A stretch of 62,848 nucleotides of DNA, filler included, from Chiloscyllium plagiosum (taxonomy: Eukaryota), in the NCBI RefSeq assembly GCF_004010195.1. It is 3 parts of one record of this genome, joined end to end, with 100 filler letters (N's around TTAATTAATTAA, not from the genome) between each part and the next. Parts side by side here need not be neighbours in the genome. Positions count along the whole stretch, not along the records: positions 1 to 27,483 come from NC_057713.1; 2 more parts are not named here. The stretch is one strand, 5' to 3'. Numbering within the stretch: position 1 is the stretch's first letter; every line of letters begins with the position of its first letter. Positions 13,212 to 25,145 of this stretch are shown one piece after another. A model generated the notes under the pieces. It searched no databases, was not told where the DNA came from, and saw only the letters and a list, made by a program, of their open reading frames with translations. The position numbers were made by a program, and so were the translations under genes.

Positions 13212-13752
13212 ATAGTACAGCAGGGCTAAAATCAAACAAAGGATGTTATCTATAACTTGTAATTTAGGACTATTTTAGTGTTAGGTGGGGGCTCAAAATC
13301 TAATTGTGGATCTGAAATATTGTTGGAAAGATGGGCATGGAAATTTGGATTGTGTTTCCTTTCCTAATAGAAACCTTGAAATACTGGCACATTTCACTCC
13401 CAAATAAGATAGTTTCCTAAGAATAGCTGAGAAAGTATTTTTAATCCTACAACTGCAAATGTTGTATTTCAGGAGTTCCTCTTGACACGAATGAATAAGC
13501 TAATGTTATAAAAGGAAGCACAGATTTTAAAAAAATAAATAGCAATGTGTTAAGTTAAATTTATCTGGGAATTAGCTCCTTAAAATGCTTCCCTCTCCCT
13601 TTACTCCACACCCGCCTCTCTCTCTGTCTCCCTCTCTCTATCTATCTATATCTCTCTCAATCACTTTGTCATAACCAGCACTGTGCAAAACAACTGTCAC
13701 AGTGAGGAATGCATAGTATTGGAGAGGCTGAGAGTGGGCCACTAAATTAACA

Positions 13753-14288
13753 CAATAGACAAGCAGGAGGTTGGAAGAACACAGCAGGCCAGTGAACATC
13801 AGGAGGTGGAGAAGTCAGCATTTCCGGTATAATCCTTCTTGAGGCCCAGACGAGGGTTAATTATTTTTGGATAACTTACAGTGTGGAAACAGGCCCTTCA
13901 GCCCAACAAGTCCACACCAACTCTCTGAAGAGCAACCCACCCAGACCCATTCCGCTACATTTACCCCTTTACCTAACACTATGGGCAATTCAGCATGGCC
14001 AATTCACCTAATCAGCACATTTTTGGACTGTGGGAGGAAACCAGAGCACCCAGAGGAAACCCACGCAGACACGGGGAGAATGTGCAAACTCCACACAGAC
14101 AGTTGCCTGAGGCGGGAATTGAACTTGGGTCCCTGGCGCTGTGAGGTAGCAATGCTAACCACTGTGCCACTGTGCCATCCAAATCGTTGGCTTCTCCTCC
14201 TGACGCTGCCCGGCTTTTTGTGTTCTTCAGAAGTTCTGTTTGTCTACTTTCGATTCAAGCATTAGCAATTATTCAATCTCTAACCAAG
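13753..14288. mobile_element. Old palindromic miniature PLE interrupted by a SINE
   Basis: 13755-13850 is inverted relative to 14185-14285; TSD TAAATTAACA at 13743-13752 and 14289-14298. Confidence 0.65.
13868..14180 (-). mobile_element. HE1-like tRNA-derived V-SINE
   Basis: On -: A box TGGCACAGTGG, B box GTTCAATTC, V-core (GTGTGGAGTTTGCACATTCTCCCCGTGTCTGCGTGGGTTTCC), CR1-like 3' tail. Confidence 0.88.
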
Positions 14289-14829
14289 TAAATTAACATA
14301 GTCTATTTGAAGAATACCACTTATTTCTATTGAAAAATAAACTTGATTATCATTTATTTTAATTAAGCAAGTAAAGCCTCTTGATACACCCAGTAGAAAA
14401 CAATAGTTTTTTTTGTTCCAGATTTATGAAAGACTGAATATGTGACTTTTAAACATTTCCTCAATATAACCAAAACACAAACTCAAATTAACATTTTGGC
14501 TGCACTTTCAAGACAAGTTTGGTCACATTGTGTTTTTTTTATGCTCATACATGAAACCTGAATAGGAAAAGTAACTTACGGGAATTTGTTTCTCTTTATT
14601 CATTTTCCAGATCTGGGTGTTATCAATCCCTAATTGCCCTTAAATGTCTATTTCCATGAAACAACTTGCTACTCCACTTAAAAGGGCAGTTATGAAGGAA
14701 ATACACAGCAAAGATCAGGTCAGGCAAAGACAGATTTCCTCCCCTGGAATCACCAGTGAAGTAGTTCTGTTTTCAGGAAAATCTTACAGCCTCACGATCA
14801 CCTCATTCAGACATCAGTTTGGGAACTGA

Positions 14830-15230
14830 AACTTAAAGTGGACTCAACATTAATTTTTTACATAGCACCACAACCAAATTGTTTGAAGGAAGGACCATCT
14901 AAGCATTTTTAAAATTTTTTTGAGGGAAAAATGTTGGCCACAGCACGGAGAGTTTCTTAATTTTGGTTTAATAGTGACATTTAATCTGATGTCCAGCTAC
15001 GCAAATAGTTTAGAGTCTTGTGAAATGTATTTTTTCTAACTGGGTTGTTTGGGTGAAAGTTTGAAGCAAGACTCAATCTGCTTTTGAGGAAGGTGTATAA
15101 AGAATCCCATGGTACGATTTGAAATGGCCTTGGCACATTGCAAGTACTGGCCACTATAGTTATCCCTTAGCTAAGCATTACTGAAAGGAAATAATAGATT
15201 ATCCAGTCACTATCACAGTGGTCTGCATTT
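14830..15230. mobile_element. Deu-domain SINE relics (SacSINE1/AmnSINE1-like), one per strand
   Basis: 15098-15225 AAAGAATCCCATGG...CTGGCCA...ATCCCT...AGATTATC.AGTCA.TATCACA resembles the Deu core as I recall it; an inverted piece lies at ~14925-14980. Confidence 0.45.
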
Positions 15231-16162
15231 CAACAATACATATATTTAATTAATTGTCGAGTGCATTGCAATGTTTTTAGTTTAAACGTGATATCTAATG
15301 GCAGGTCTGACTCTGTTGTTGTAAAAGATAGCACCTGAATGAATTTCCTCACCTTCGGAAATAAGTTGTACCCATCTCTATCTAAACGAGTGTTCCTGGT
15401 ATGTGCGAATAAGTTGCATCCAAATTGCATGCTAGAATGTTGCAGTAGCAGTAATTGTGATTATTCATAAGTAAAGCTGGAAGTCTTTCAAGAGGCAATC
15501 ATGTACCTCAACTGTAATGTAACAAATATGTGCAATAAATCTTTTAATGAAGATTAGGTATTTCATTTCCTGAAGATTTTGTGTGGGCATGGTTCCCCAG
15601 ATAGTATCTGTAACTTAGTCTAATACCAAACAGAAGGATTGGTGGCAGGGATTCTACCCAAGAACAATATGTGTCATGAGGCAGCAGGTCAGCAGAAACT
15701 GAGGAATTGCAAGGATTTTTACCTTGCTGCAATTAATCAGCCTTATCTTGAATGATCACTGTCACACATAACCAGCATCTGAAGCTGCCAGCCCTCTCCC
15801 CACTTATTTTGGTAACATTTACTTTTTTCTAAAATAAATCTAGTTGAAATATTGCAGAAGTCAGCTTTATTTCACTCCTTACAGTGCTGACTGGGCTGTG
15901 AACCTGTACCAAAAACAACACAGACAGTGGGGAGTTTTTGTTTTGAGACAATATTAAGTCACCCGCTTCATGAACTATTCCAGTGTGAAGGGCGACTTAG
16001 GCCCAAATTGGAGAACTGCTTGAGTTTAATCAACTTCAAGCCTCCATTAATGATCCACATGATAACTGTACGAAATCGAATAAAAGACTGTAGGATTGTG
16101 ACTGAAAAAACTATAAAATACAACATTTGGGTCATTCTATAGTTAGTAGATGAACTCCTTTA

Positions 16163-18962
16163 TATCATAGAACAATACAGCACAGTACACACGCTTCAGC
16201 CCTTGATGTTGAGCTACCTTTTTTCCTACACAAAGATCAAACTAAACCACATACCCTTCATTTTACTATCATCCATGTGCCAATCCAACATTTGCTTAAA
16301 TGTCTGTAAAGTCTCTGATTTTATTACCACCGCTGGCAGTGCATTACACACACCCACCACTCTCTGTGTAAAGAACCCACCTCTGACCTCTCCCCTAAAC
16401 CTTCCTCCAATCCCTTAAAATTATGCTCCCTTGTGATAGCCATTTCTGCCCTGGGAAAAAAAAGTCTCTTAGTATTCACTCAATCTATGCCCCTCATCAG
16501 CCTGTACATCTCTATGAAGTTGTCTCTCACCCTTCTTCATTCCAATGAGAAAAACCTTAGCTCCTCAAACGTTCTTCATAAGAAATGCTCTCCAGTCCAG
16601 ACAGCATCATGTTAAATCTTCTCTGCACCCTCTCTAAAGCTTCCACATCCTTCCTAAAATGAGGCAATCAGAACTGAACACAATATTCCAAGTGTGGTCT
16701 AACCAGGGCTTTGTAGAGCTGCAAAATAACTTCGCTGCCCTTAAACACAATCCCCCTGCTAATGCAAGCTGACACACCATATGCCTTCTTAACATCCCTA
16801 TCAACTTGGGGACGTGAAACCAAGATCCCTCTGTACTTCCATGCTGCCAAGAATCTTGCCTCTAGCACTGTATTCTGCATACAAATTCGACCTTCCAAAA
16901 TGAATCACTTCACACTTTTCCAGTTGGAACTCCACCTGCCACTTACCAGCCAAGCTATGCATCCTGTCAATGTCCCGTTACAACCTACAACAGCCTTTCA
17001 CACTTACCACAACACCAGCAACTTTCGTGTCATCAGCAGACTTACTAACCCACACTTCCACTTCATCACTCAAGTCATTTATAAAAATCACAAACAGTAG
17101 AGGCCCAAGAACAGATCCCTGTGGAACACTACAGGTCAATAAGCTCCAGGCTGAATACTTTCCATCTACCAACACCCTCTGTTGCCTATGCTTCAGCGAA
17201 TTCTCTATCCAGGCAGCTAAATTTCCTGGTATCTCATACCTCCTTAATTTCTAAATGACCCCACCACGGCGAACCTTCACAAAAGCCTTGATAAAATCCA
17301 TGCACACTAAATTATTAGCTCTACCTTCGTCGTGTGTTCTGTCACATCCTCAAAGAATTCAATAAGGCTTGTGAGGCATGACCTGCCATACAGAAGGCCA
17401 CGCTGACTATCTCTAATCAAACTTTTGTTTTCCAAGCTATCATAAATTCTGTACCTCAGAATCCTCTCTAATAATTTATTCACCACAGGCACAAGACTGA
17501 CTAGTCTCTAATTCGCAGGATTATCCCTATTCCCTTTCTTGAATAACATTTGCTACCCTCCAATCATCTGGTACTACTCCAGTGGACAATGAGGACCCAA
17601 AGATCATTGCCAAATGTGCAGCATTCTCTTCCCTCGCTTCCTGTAGCAACCTTGGATATATCATATCTGGTCTAGGGGATTGGACAATCCTTATGTTTTT
17701 CAAGATTTTCAGCATATCCTCCTTGTTAATATCAACCTGTTCGAGCACATCAACCTGTTTCACGCTGTCCTCACAAACGTCAACGTCCCAGTCAGTAGTG
17801 AATACTAAGGCAAAGTATTCATTAACGACCTCCCTTACCCATCTGACTCCATGCACATGTTCCCTCCTGTATCCATGATTAACCCTCCACTCACTCTGGC
17901 CATCCTCTTGTTCCTCACATAAGTGTAGAATGCCTTAGTGTTTTCCTTAATCTTACCCGCTAAAGCTTTTTCATGACCCCTCCTAGCTCTCCTAAGTTCA
18001 TTCTTTAGTACCTTCCTGTCTATCTTGTAACCCTCTATAGCTCTGTCTGATCCTTGTCTCCTCAACATTAAGTAATCTTCCTTCTTCATCTTGATGAGAT
18101 GTTCTACATCCCTTGTCACCCAAGGACCCTTCACCCTTCCTTTTCCCAATAGGACAAACTTATCCAGCACTCGCTGCAAGTGCTCCCTAAACAAACTCCT
18201 CTTCTGCAGCTGTGATACTATCACTGATTAGCAATTCTATCGCTCACCTTTTTTAGCTTCCCCGCCCCCTCATTCTTTTATAAACATCTAAACAATGGAA
18301 CAGCCTAAAAACATTCCTGCCCCGTGATATCCAAGTTTTCATAACGGTCATAACATCATAGTTCCAAATGCTGATCCATGCGCTAAGTTCATCACCCTTA
18401 TTCCGGCACACCCTCCCCTTCCTGGACCTCTCCATGTCCATGTCCGACATCCTCACTTTCTCCTTATTCCTGATACTTCTTGCCTTAAAATAGACACGCT
18501 GTAACACATCTCACTGACTGCAAATTTGACTTATCAAATGTCTATACCCCCTCACAGACTCTCTGCACACTGCATTTGGCTGTTTACGAGCTACTCCATC
18601 CTCAGATCCATAGCTCCGGTTCCCATCCCTCTGCCAAACTAGTTTGTGCCCCTCCAGTTCAGGTGCAATCCGTCCTCCTTGTACAGGTCCCACCTTCCCC
18701 AGAAGGTATCCCAATGATCCACATAGCTGAAGCCCTTCCTCCTACACCAGTCCTCCAGCCACTTGTTCATCTGGACTCGCTCTCTGTTCCGAGCCTCATG
18801 AGCCCATGGGACCAGTAACAATCATGAGATCAGTACTCTGCTCACTCTGCCTTTTTAGCTTCTAATGTAATTCCCTATATTCACTTGTCAAGTCCTCATC
18901 ACTTTTCCTGGCAAAGTCATTGGTACCGATGTGTACTGTAACTTCTGGCTGCTCTCCCTTCC
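16163..18962 (-). mobile_element. Decayed CR1 LINE (ORF1 esterase end plus ORF2 with internal deletions)
   Basis: Fragment ORFs: WGRWDLYKEDGLHLNWRGTN (ORF1), YFKARSIRNK (EN), VPQGSVLGPLLF/ADDTK (RT), LVRPHLEYCVQF. Confidence 0.9.
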
Positions 18963-19661
18963 TTTGTTATTGTATTTTCCCTAGACCTTCAGTTGCTTAT
19001 TTTCTGAATTAAGATTTTCTTATCTCATCCAAAAGAACTGTATGTAATGAATAGAGCCCTTGAACACTGCAGTGTCCTGAAAATCTGTGGCTGTTTTTCA
19101 CAAGATCCTTTATGTGCTCATTCCCAAAATCCAGCCCTTCAGTTAACTTGTCATCAAGTCCAATTCAAATTGCTTACAAGTAGAAACTCTTTGTATAGCC
19201 ATGGAAATGCACTTTTTAAAAAATTGTACTGGTTATTTCTTGTCTGATACTCCATTGCAGTCCAGTTTTTAGACCATCAGGTCAAGGGCACAATATTGTT
19301 TGGCATTTAAGACTTATATCTGTTGTTTATTTGCCAATTTCCTCTGCTGTCCAAAAAAGTGTTGGTCATGGGCCAGGATAGAACTTTTAATAAATTCCTT
19401 AACTACGTTCAAATGGGATTATTTGCATACAGCATGAGGAACGAAGGGATGGAATAAAACTAGATGGAGTTGGGTTCACAGCAGGGCAGTGGGACCTGGA
19501 CAGAGGTTTAATTTGATGGGTAAGGTGAAAGTGGGGGAGTCGCTGAAAGGATATCAACTTGAAGGCTCTCAATCTTTCAGGACTGTTTTATCTGTGTAAC
19601 AGCACATTGATGTCATTTCGATTTGTTCAATGCAGACCATTAGGATAAATGATATAAGTAG

Positions 19662-19870
19662 TTAATAATCACATGCGACCAGGTTGTAGTCCAACAAGTT
19701 TATGCGGGAAAATGAGCTATGAGAGATTTGCTCCTTCATCAGGCACAACTACCTCATGAAGAAGCAGTGCTCCGAAAGCTAGTGCTTCCAAATAAACCTG
19801 TTGGACTATAACCTGGTGGCATGTGATCTTTAACTTTGTCCACCCCAGACCAACACCGGCAGCTCCACAT
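19662..19870. mobile_element. Palindromic miniature PLE (family B)
   Basis: Inverted arms; hammerhead-like CT(C)ATGA-AGAAGCAGTGCTCC-GAAA-GCTA; TSD AATGAT(AT/GC)AAGTAG at 19648-19661 and 19871-19884. Confidence 0.8.
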
Positions 19871-20932
19871 AATGATGCAAGTAGAGAATATTTAATTCCA
19901 GTACTGATAATGATAATCAAGACCACAAAGAATTAGATACACAAAAAAAATAATTATTTTATTCTGCTTGAAAATCAATCTTTAAACTATCTGTTCAGTA
20001 ACCTCATAGCTACAGATCTTCAGATTAGTGCTACTGTTCTGCATAGCTAGGGTACAATCGTTTCCAAATATCTCCTCCTGGTAGAGTGCGTACTTTGTGA
20101 CTGAGAGTCTTGCTTGAATCCACAACACACAATGCAGTTGGAAAAATATCACATTGCTGAGACATGCTAGTGCAGGATAAAGAGAGCAATAATTCAAACA
20201 GCAGACACTATTGTACTGTGCTTGGTGTGAGGTCAAACCATTATGGATGTTCTCCTGAAAGCTGATCTTAAATTATACAATTCTGCTGCATCAGTGAAAG
20301 TCACAGCCCATCTTGTCCAGAATATGCAATATTTAAACAAAAAACAACAACAATATAGGTAGTGTAATGGAACAAGAGAAATGAAGTCGGTGATGTGAAA
20401 GAGATTTGCGTGTGGAACAAAAGTGTGTGCATTTAGAAAAAGAAGAAGGTAACATCTTGTGTTGTCAGGTGCTGAAACAAAGTGATAATTCACTGCAGCA
20501 CCACTAACCTTCATAACGTCAGTAAAAGCTTATTGTTTTGACATCGTATCTTAGTAATTGTGAGAAGTTGCAATGAACTGTGCATAGCTGAATGAGATTG
20601 AACAAATAGAACAAAGATTACATTGAATATGACTGAGAACTGTATTCTACATTCTGTGAGCACAAAGTGATTGCACGAGCACATTACCTGCAGCAAGTCA
20701 GGTGAAATAATTAAATCAGTCTTGATTAGTTTTCCGTTATCTGTCTCCCAAATAACAAACTGCAGTCTTTCTGCAAAAAAAAAACAGTCAGGACCTTGCA
20801 AGCTTGAATATTTTCTGACATCATTAGCGGATTCAACTTAGACTTGGCAAGAGTCCAAGTTAAAGCTACTGTCTGTAATTAGACACAATGGGACTGCATT
20901 TCAAACAAAACAATACAGTTTTTCTCCTCATT

Positions 20933-21065
20933 AGGAGAAGGCAAGTAATACAGATGCTGGGGATCAGTGTCGAGAGTGCTGGAAAAGCACAGCAAGTCAG
21001 GCAACATCCGAGGAGCAGGGGAATCAACGTTTCAGGCAAAAGCCCATGATCAGGAAAGAGGCTTG
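20933..21065 (-). mobile_element. PLE terminus with tail (family A), running into a gap
   Basis: Tail (CAGATGCTGGGGATCAG) followed by GCTGGAAAAGCACAGC and a decayed hammerhead. Confidence 0.75.
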
Positions 21066-21565
21066 NNNNNNNNNNNNNNNNNNNNNNNNNNNNNNNNNNN
21101 NNNNNNNNNNNNNNNNNNNNNNNNNNNNNNNNNNNNNNNNNNNNNNNNNNNNNNNNNNNNNNNNNNNNNNNNNNNNNNNNNNNNNNNNNNNNNNNNNNNN
21201 NNNNNNNNNNNNNNNNNNNNNNNNNNNNNNNNNNNNNNNNNNNNNNNNNNNNNNNNNNNNNNNNNNNNNNNNNNNNNNNNNNNNNNNNNNNNNNNNNNNN
21301 NNNNNNNNNNNNNNNNNNNNNNNNNNNNNNNNNNNNNNNNNNNNNNNNNNNNNNNNNNNNNNNNNNNNNNNNNNNNNNNNNNNNNNNNNNNNNNNNNNNN
21401 NNNNNNNNNNNNNNNNNNNNNNNNNNNNNNNNNNNNNNNNNNNNNNNNNNNNNNNNNNNNNNNNNNNNNNNNNNNNNNNNNNNNNNNNNNNNNNNNNNNN
21501 NNNNNNNNNNNNNNNNNNNNNNNNNNNNNNNNNNNNNNNNNNNNNNNNNNNNNNNNNNNNNNNNN

Positions 21566-21712
21566 TATTACTCAGTGTGTCTGATTACTCGCTATGTCTT
21601 ACAACTCAGTGTGTCTGATTACTCGGTGCATATTATTAATCAGTGTCTGATTACTTGGTGTGTCTTATTACTTAGCGCGTGTGATTGCTTGGTGAGTCTG
21701 ATTACTCGGTGT
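21566..21712 (+). repeat. Degenerate ~17-bp minisatellite (TTACTCAGTGTGTCTGA)
   Basis: About eight imperfect units next to a gap. Confidence 0.7.
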
Positions 21713-22648
21713 TCCCACAGGGAAAGATGTCATGGTGAATGGGATTGGAGTGAAGCTTCCCAAAGTGTACAGTGGAAGTGGTCTCTCTCTCCATCAAGCT
21801 GGCCTCTTTGTTTCTGTTATCACAGATTTGGGACTGACTGTTCTCTGGGATGGAGGTGAGTGTATTTACAACGAAAGCCTTGCAGATCAATAAGAGTTTG
21901 ATTGATTGATTGAAGGAGCTGGCAGAAGTTTCGAAGTTCCTTTCACTCCCTATTCACGATAAAAACAATTCACTGATCAATGGATCTGATGGGCTGAAGG
22001 GCCTCTTTTGTGCTGTTTGACTCAATGACTAAAGCAGCATCAATGTTGGGGAGGTTTGATCTCACAGAGTTAGGTCTCTCAGCTCAGTTCAACCACTTGT
22101 GAAGATTCACAGTAGCATCACATAGATGTTGCATCCTGTATCAAACTCATCCCGATTCCTGAACTGTGTTTTTCCATGTTAGAAACAAAATTCAATAAAA
22201 GTTAGACGAGACCACCAAAGCTGGAAACAATTTATTCTACGATCTTGCAAGAAAGGACCCCAATTGCAGAAAGCAATTGAAGTAAATTAGAACTCAGGTT
22301 AGTGTACAGTTATACCCTTTGAGCTGAGTGAGGTCATCTCTCCAGACTCCTAATTACCCAATCTCCTTACTGTGCCAGACCACTGCCCAGCTGTGCTCCA
22401 CCCTTATTACTTCCCCCTTCCCCAGGTTGGCCACCTTCCTTTCTGTAAACGCTGACACATACATTTATTTTGTCGAGATCTGGTTTAACATTTTGTATCA
22501 TTCTGCTGGGATATTCCATCCTCGGACATTTCATTAACTTGTATCATTTTGTATAGGAGAAAGTGAGGACTGCAGATGCTGGAGATCAGAGCTGAAAATG
22601 TGTTGCTGGAAAAGCGCAGCAGGTCAGGCAGCATCCAGGGAACAGGAG

Positions 22649-22685
22649 AATCGACGTTTCGGGCACGAGCCCTTCTTCAGGAATG
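22649..22685 (-). ncRNA. Minimal type I hammerhead ribozyme motif
   Basis: On -: CTGAAGA-A-GGGC(TCGT)GCCC-GAAA-CGTC; intact core, 4-bp stem II, palindromic ACGT stem III, GUC site. Confidence 0.75.
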
Positions 22686-23858
22686 AGGAAAGTTTGTCCA
22701 GCAGGCTAAGATAAAAGGTAGGGAGGAGGGACTTGGGGAAGGGGCGTCGGAAATGTGATAGGTGGAAAGAGGTCAAGGTGAGGGTGATAGGTCAGACTGG
22801 GGTGGGGGCGGAGAGGTCAGGAAGAAGATTGCAGGTTAGGAAGGCGGTGCTGAATTCGATGGATTTGACTGAGACAAGGTGGGGGGAGGGGAAATGAGGA
22901 AACTGGTGAAACCCGCGTTCCTGCCTTGTGGTTGGAGGGTTCCTAGGCAGAAGATGAGGCGCTCTTCCTCCAACCATCATNNNNNNNNNNNNNNNNNNNN
23001 NNNNNNNNNNNNNNNNNNNNNNNNNNNNNNNNNNNNNNNNNNNNNNNNNNNNNNNNNNNNNNNNNNNNNNNNNNNNNNNNNNNNCACCCCCCACCAACCC
23101 ACCCTCCACTCCCGGCACCTTCCCCTGCAACCGCAGGAGGTGCAAGACTTGCGCCCTCACCTCCCTCCAAGGCCCCAAAGGAAACTTCCATATCCGCCAC
23201 AGATTCACCTGTACCTCCACACATATCATCTATTGCATCCTTTGCACCCGATGTGGCCTCCTCTATATTGGGGGGACGGGCCGCCTACTTGCGGAGCGTT
23301 TCAGAGTTTGCACCCGATGTGGCCTCCTCTATATTGGGGGGACGGGCCGCCTACTTGCGGAGCGTTTCAGAGTTTGCACCCGATGTGGCCTCCTCTATAT
23401 TGGGGGGACGGGCCGCCTACTTGCGGAGCGTTTCAGGGGACACCTCTGGGACACCCGGACCAACCAACCCAACCACCCTGTGGCTCAACATTTCAATTCC
23501 CCCTCCCACTCCACCAAGGATATGCAGGTCTTTGGACTCCTCCATCGTCAGTCCACAACAAAACGACGGTTGGAGGAGGAACGCCTCATCTTCCGGCTAG
23601 GAACTCTCCAACCACAAGGGATGAACTCGGGTTTCACCAGTTTCCTCATTTCCCCTCCCCCCACCTTGTCTCAGTCAAATCCATCGAATTCAGCACCGCC
23701 TTCCTAACCTGCAATCTTCTTCCCGACCTCTCCGCCCCCACCCCCGTCTGACCTATCACCCTCACCTTGACCTCTTTCCACCTATCACATTTTCGACGCC
23801 CCTCCCCCAAGTCCCTCCTCCCTACCTTTTATCTTAGCCTGCTGGACAAACTTTCCTC

Positions 23859-23894
23859 ATCCCTGAAGAAGGGCTTATGCCCGAAACATCGATT
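23859..23894 (+). ncRNA. Minimal type I hammerhead ribozyme motif (stem III CpG decayed)
   Basis: CTGAAGA-A-GGGC(TTAT)GCCC-GAAA-CATC. Confidence 0.65.
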
Positions 23895-24737
23895 CTCCTG
23901 TTCCCTGGATGCTGCCTGACCTGCTGCGCTTTTCCAGCAACACATTTTCAGCTCATTTTGTATAGCTCAAGCATTTCAGTTATCTCAGCTTTTTGCTGAA
24001 AGCATAATTTTACAAAAATAACTTTTTGTTATAGTAATTACAACCAAAGTTAGTATTTAATTAACCACAATTATACACTGAAAAGTCCCTAAATACCTGC
24101 AGGGTTAGTAGTTCTCTTGCTGTACCCCTTTTCTGTATGCTTTTTCTACATCTGTAAAAACAACACTTTACCCCATTTCTAACACCCAGAGTCCCGAACC
24201 CTGTTCAGTTTTCACCTGATGACAGTGCTCCTGAGTCCTGCAGAGAGATGACAGCACGGACCTTGTTCCTCCAGGCTCTTCACCTCTTTGATCATAAACA
24301 CCAAACCATTACCTCGCCAAGAAGCCAATCAGAGAGCTGTCATTGTGCTGAGGACCCCTGACATCACAACTGATCACAATTGCACAAACCAATCACCAAT
24401 CTGTCGCTGGGTAAATCTCATTCTGCAAACACTCCCCAATCCTGTTCTGCCTCCACTCCCCTCTTGCCACTGTTTGAACAAGGCAGTGTAAACATCACAC
24501 ACAATGGGTTCTAGCAACTTGTGTAAAATCTCAGCAGCTCCTTCCATAGTCCCTGGTTTAAAACACTCCTTTCCTGTTTTAGTGTTCAGGTATCAAGAGA
24601 ATAAAAATATTCTGTCTTTTGACAGTATTCACTCTGTAAAACGACAATGTTGTCGAGGAGATTACTGAGATACAGGCGACTAGACTCGGTGTGATTGAGG
24701 TTCACAAGGAGGAGGTATTAGAAATCCTACAGAGTGT

Positions 24738-25145
24738 TGTTAGAAACAAAATTCAATAAAATTTATACGAGACCACCAAAGCTGGAAACAAGACAATTTA
24801 TTCTATGATCGAGCAAGAAAGGACCCCAATGCAGAAAGCAATTGAAGTGATGATTATTCAAATTATTACACAGTTGTACTTTTGAGCTACGTGAGGTCAC
24901 CTCTTCCGACCCCTACATTACCCAATCTCTCTTACTATTTTGCCTCTGCCCATCTATGCTCCATCCCCATTGCCCCCTTCTTTCCAAGTTGGCAATTTTC
25001 CCCCTTGCACGTGCTGTCATAAGGCTAAACTCTTATCTCGATGTTCCCTTTGTAACTTCTTTCATTATCCACAGGTACATTCCATTCGTGTACATACATC
25101 TTAACAATGTATCTTTTTCATGCTTCACTTATATGTTTCAGTAAT
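24738..25145 (-). mobile_element. Truncated second copy of the solo-LTR family
   Basis: Starts TGTTAGAAACAAAATTCAATAAAA like 22177; adjoins a CR1 fragment (24625-24737) and is cut by the CR1 at 25146. Confidence 0.7.

Larger units (their letters stand above)
22557..23952 (+). mobile_element. Young Neptune-type PLE with inverted pseudo-LTR
   Basis: PGTFPCNRRRCKTCA Cys motif and IYCI-x-YIG GIY-YIG domain; ~390-bp near-identical inverted arms; TSD TCATTTTGTATAG at 22544-22556 and 23953-23965. Confidence 0.92.
22177..24184 (-). mobile_element. Solo LTR (~600 bp) interrupted by a PLE
   Basis: 9-bp terminal inverted repeat TGTTAGAAA (22177) ... TTTCTAACA (24184); flanks TCCA/CCCA; AATAAA on - near 22231; second related copy at 24738. 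Confidence 0.7.

Noticed and set aside
14100..14180. tRNA genes (also ~48860-48937 and ~52400-52476)
   Set aside because: A/B boxes belong to SINE heads that continue into the V core and LINE-like tail.
20967..21618. Long ORFs here and at 51086-52191 and 22792-23229
   Set aside because: Artefacts of translating N runs.
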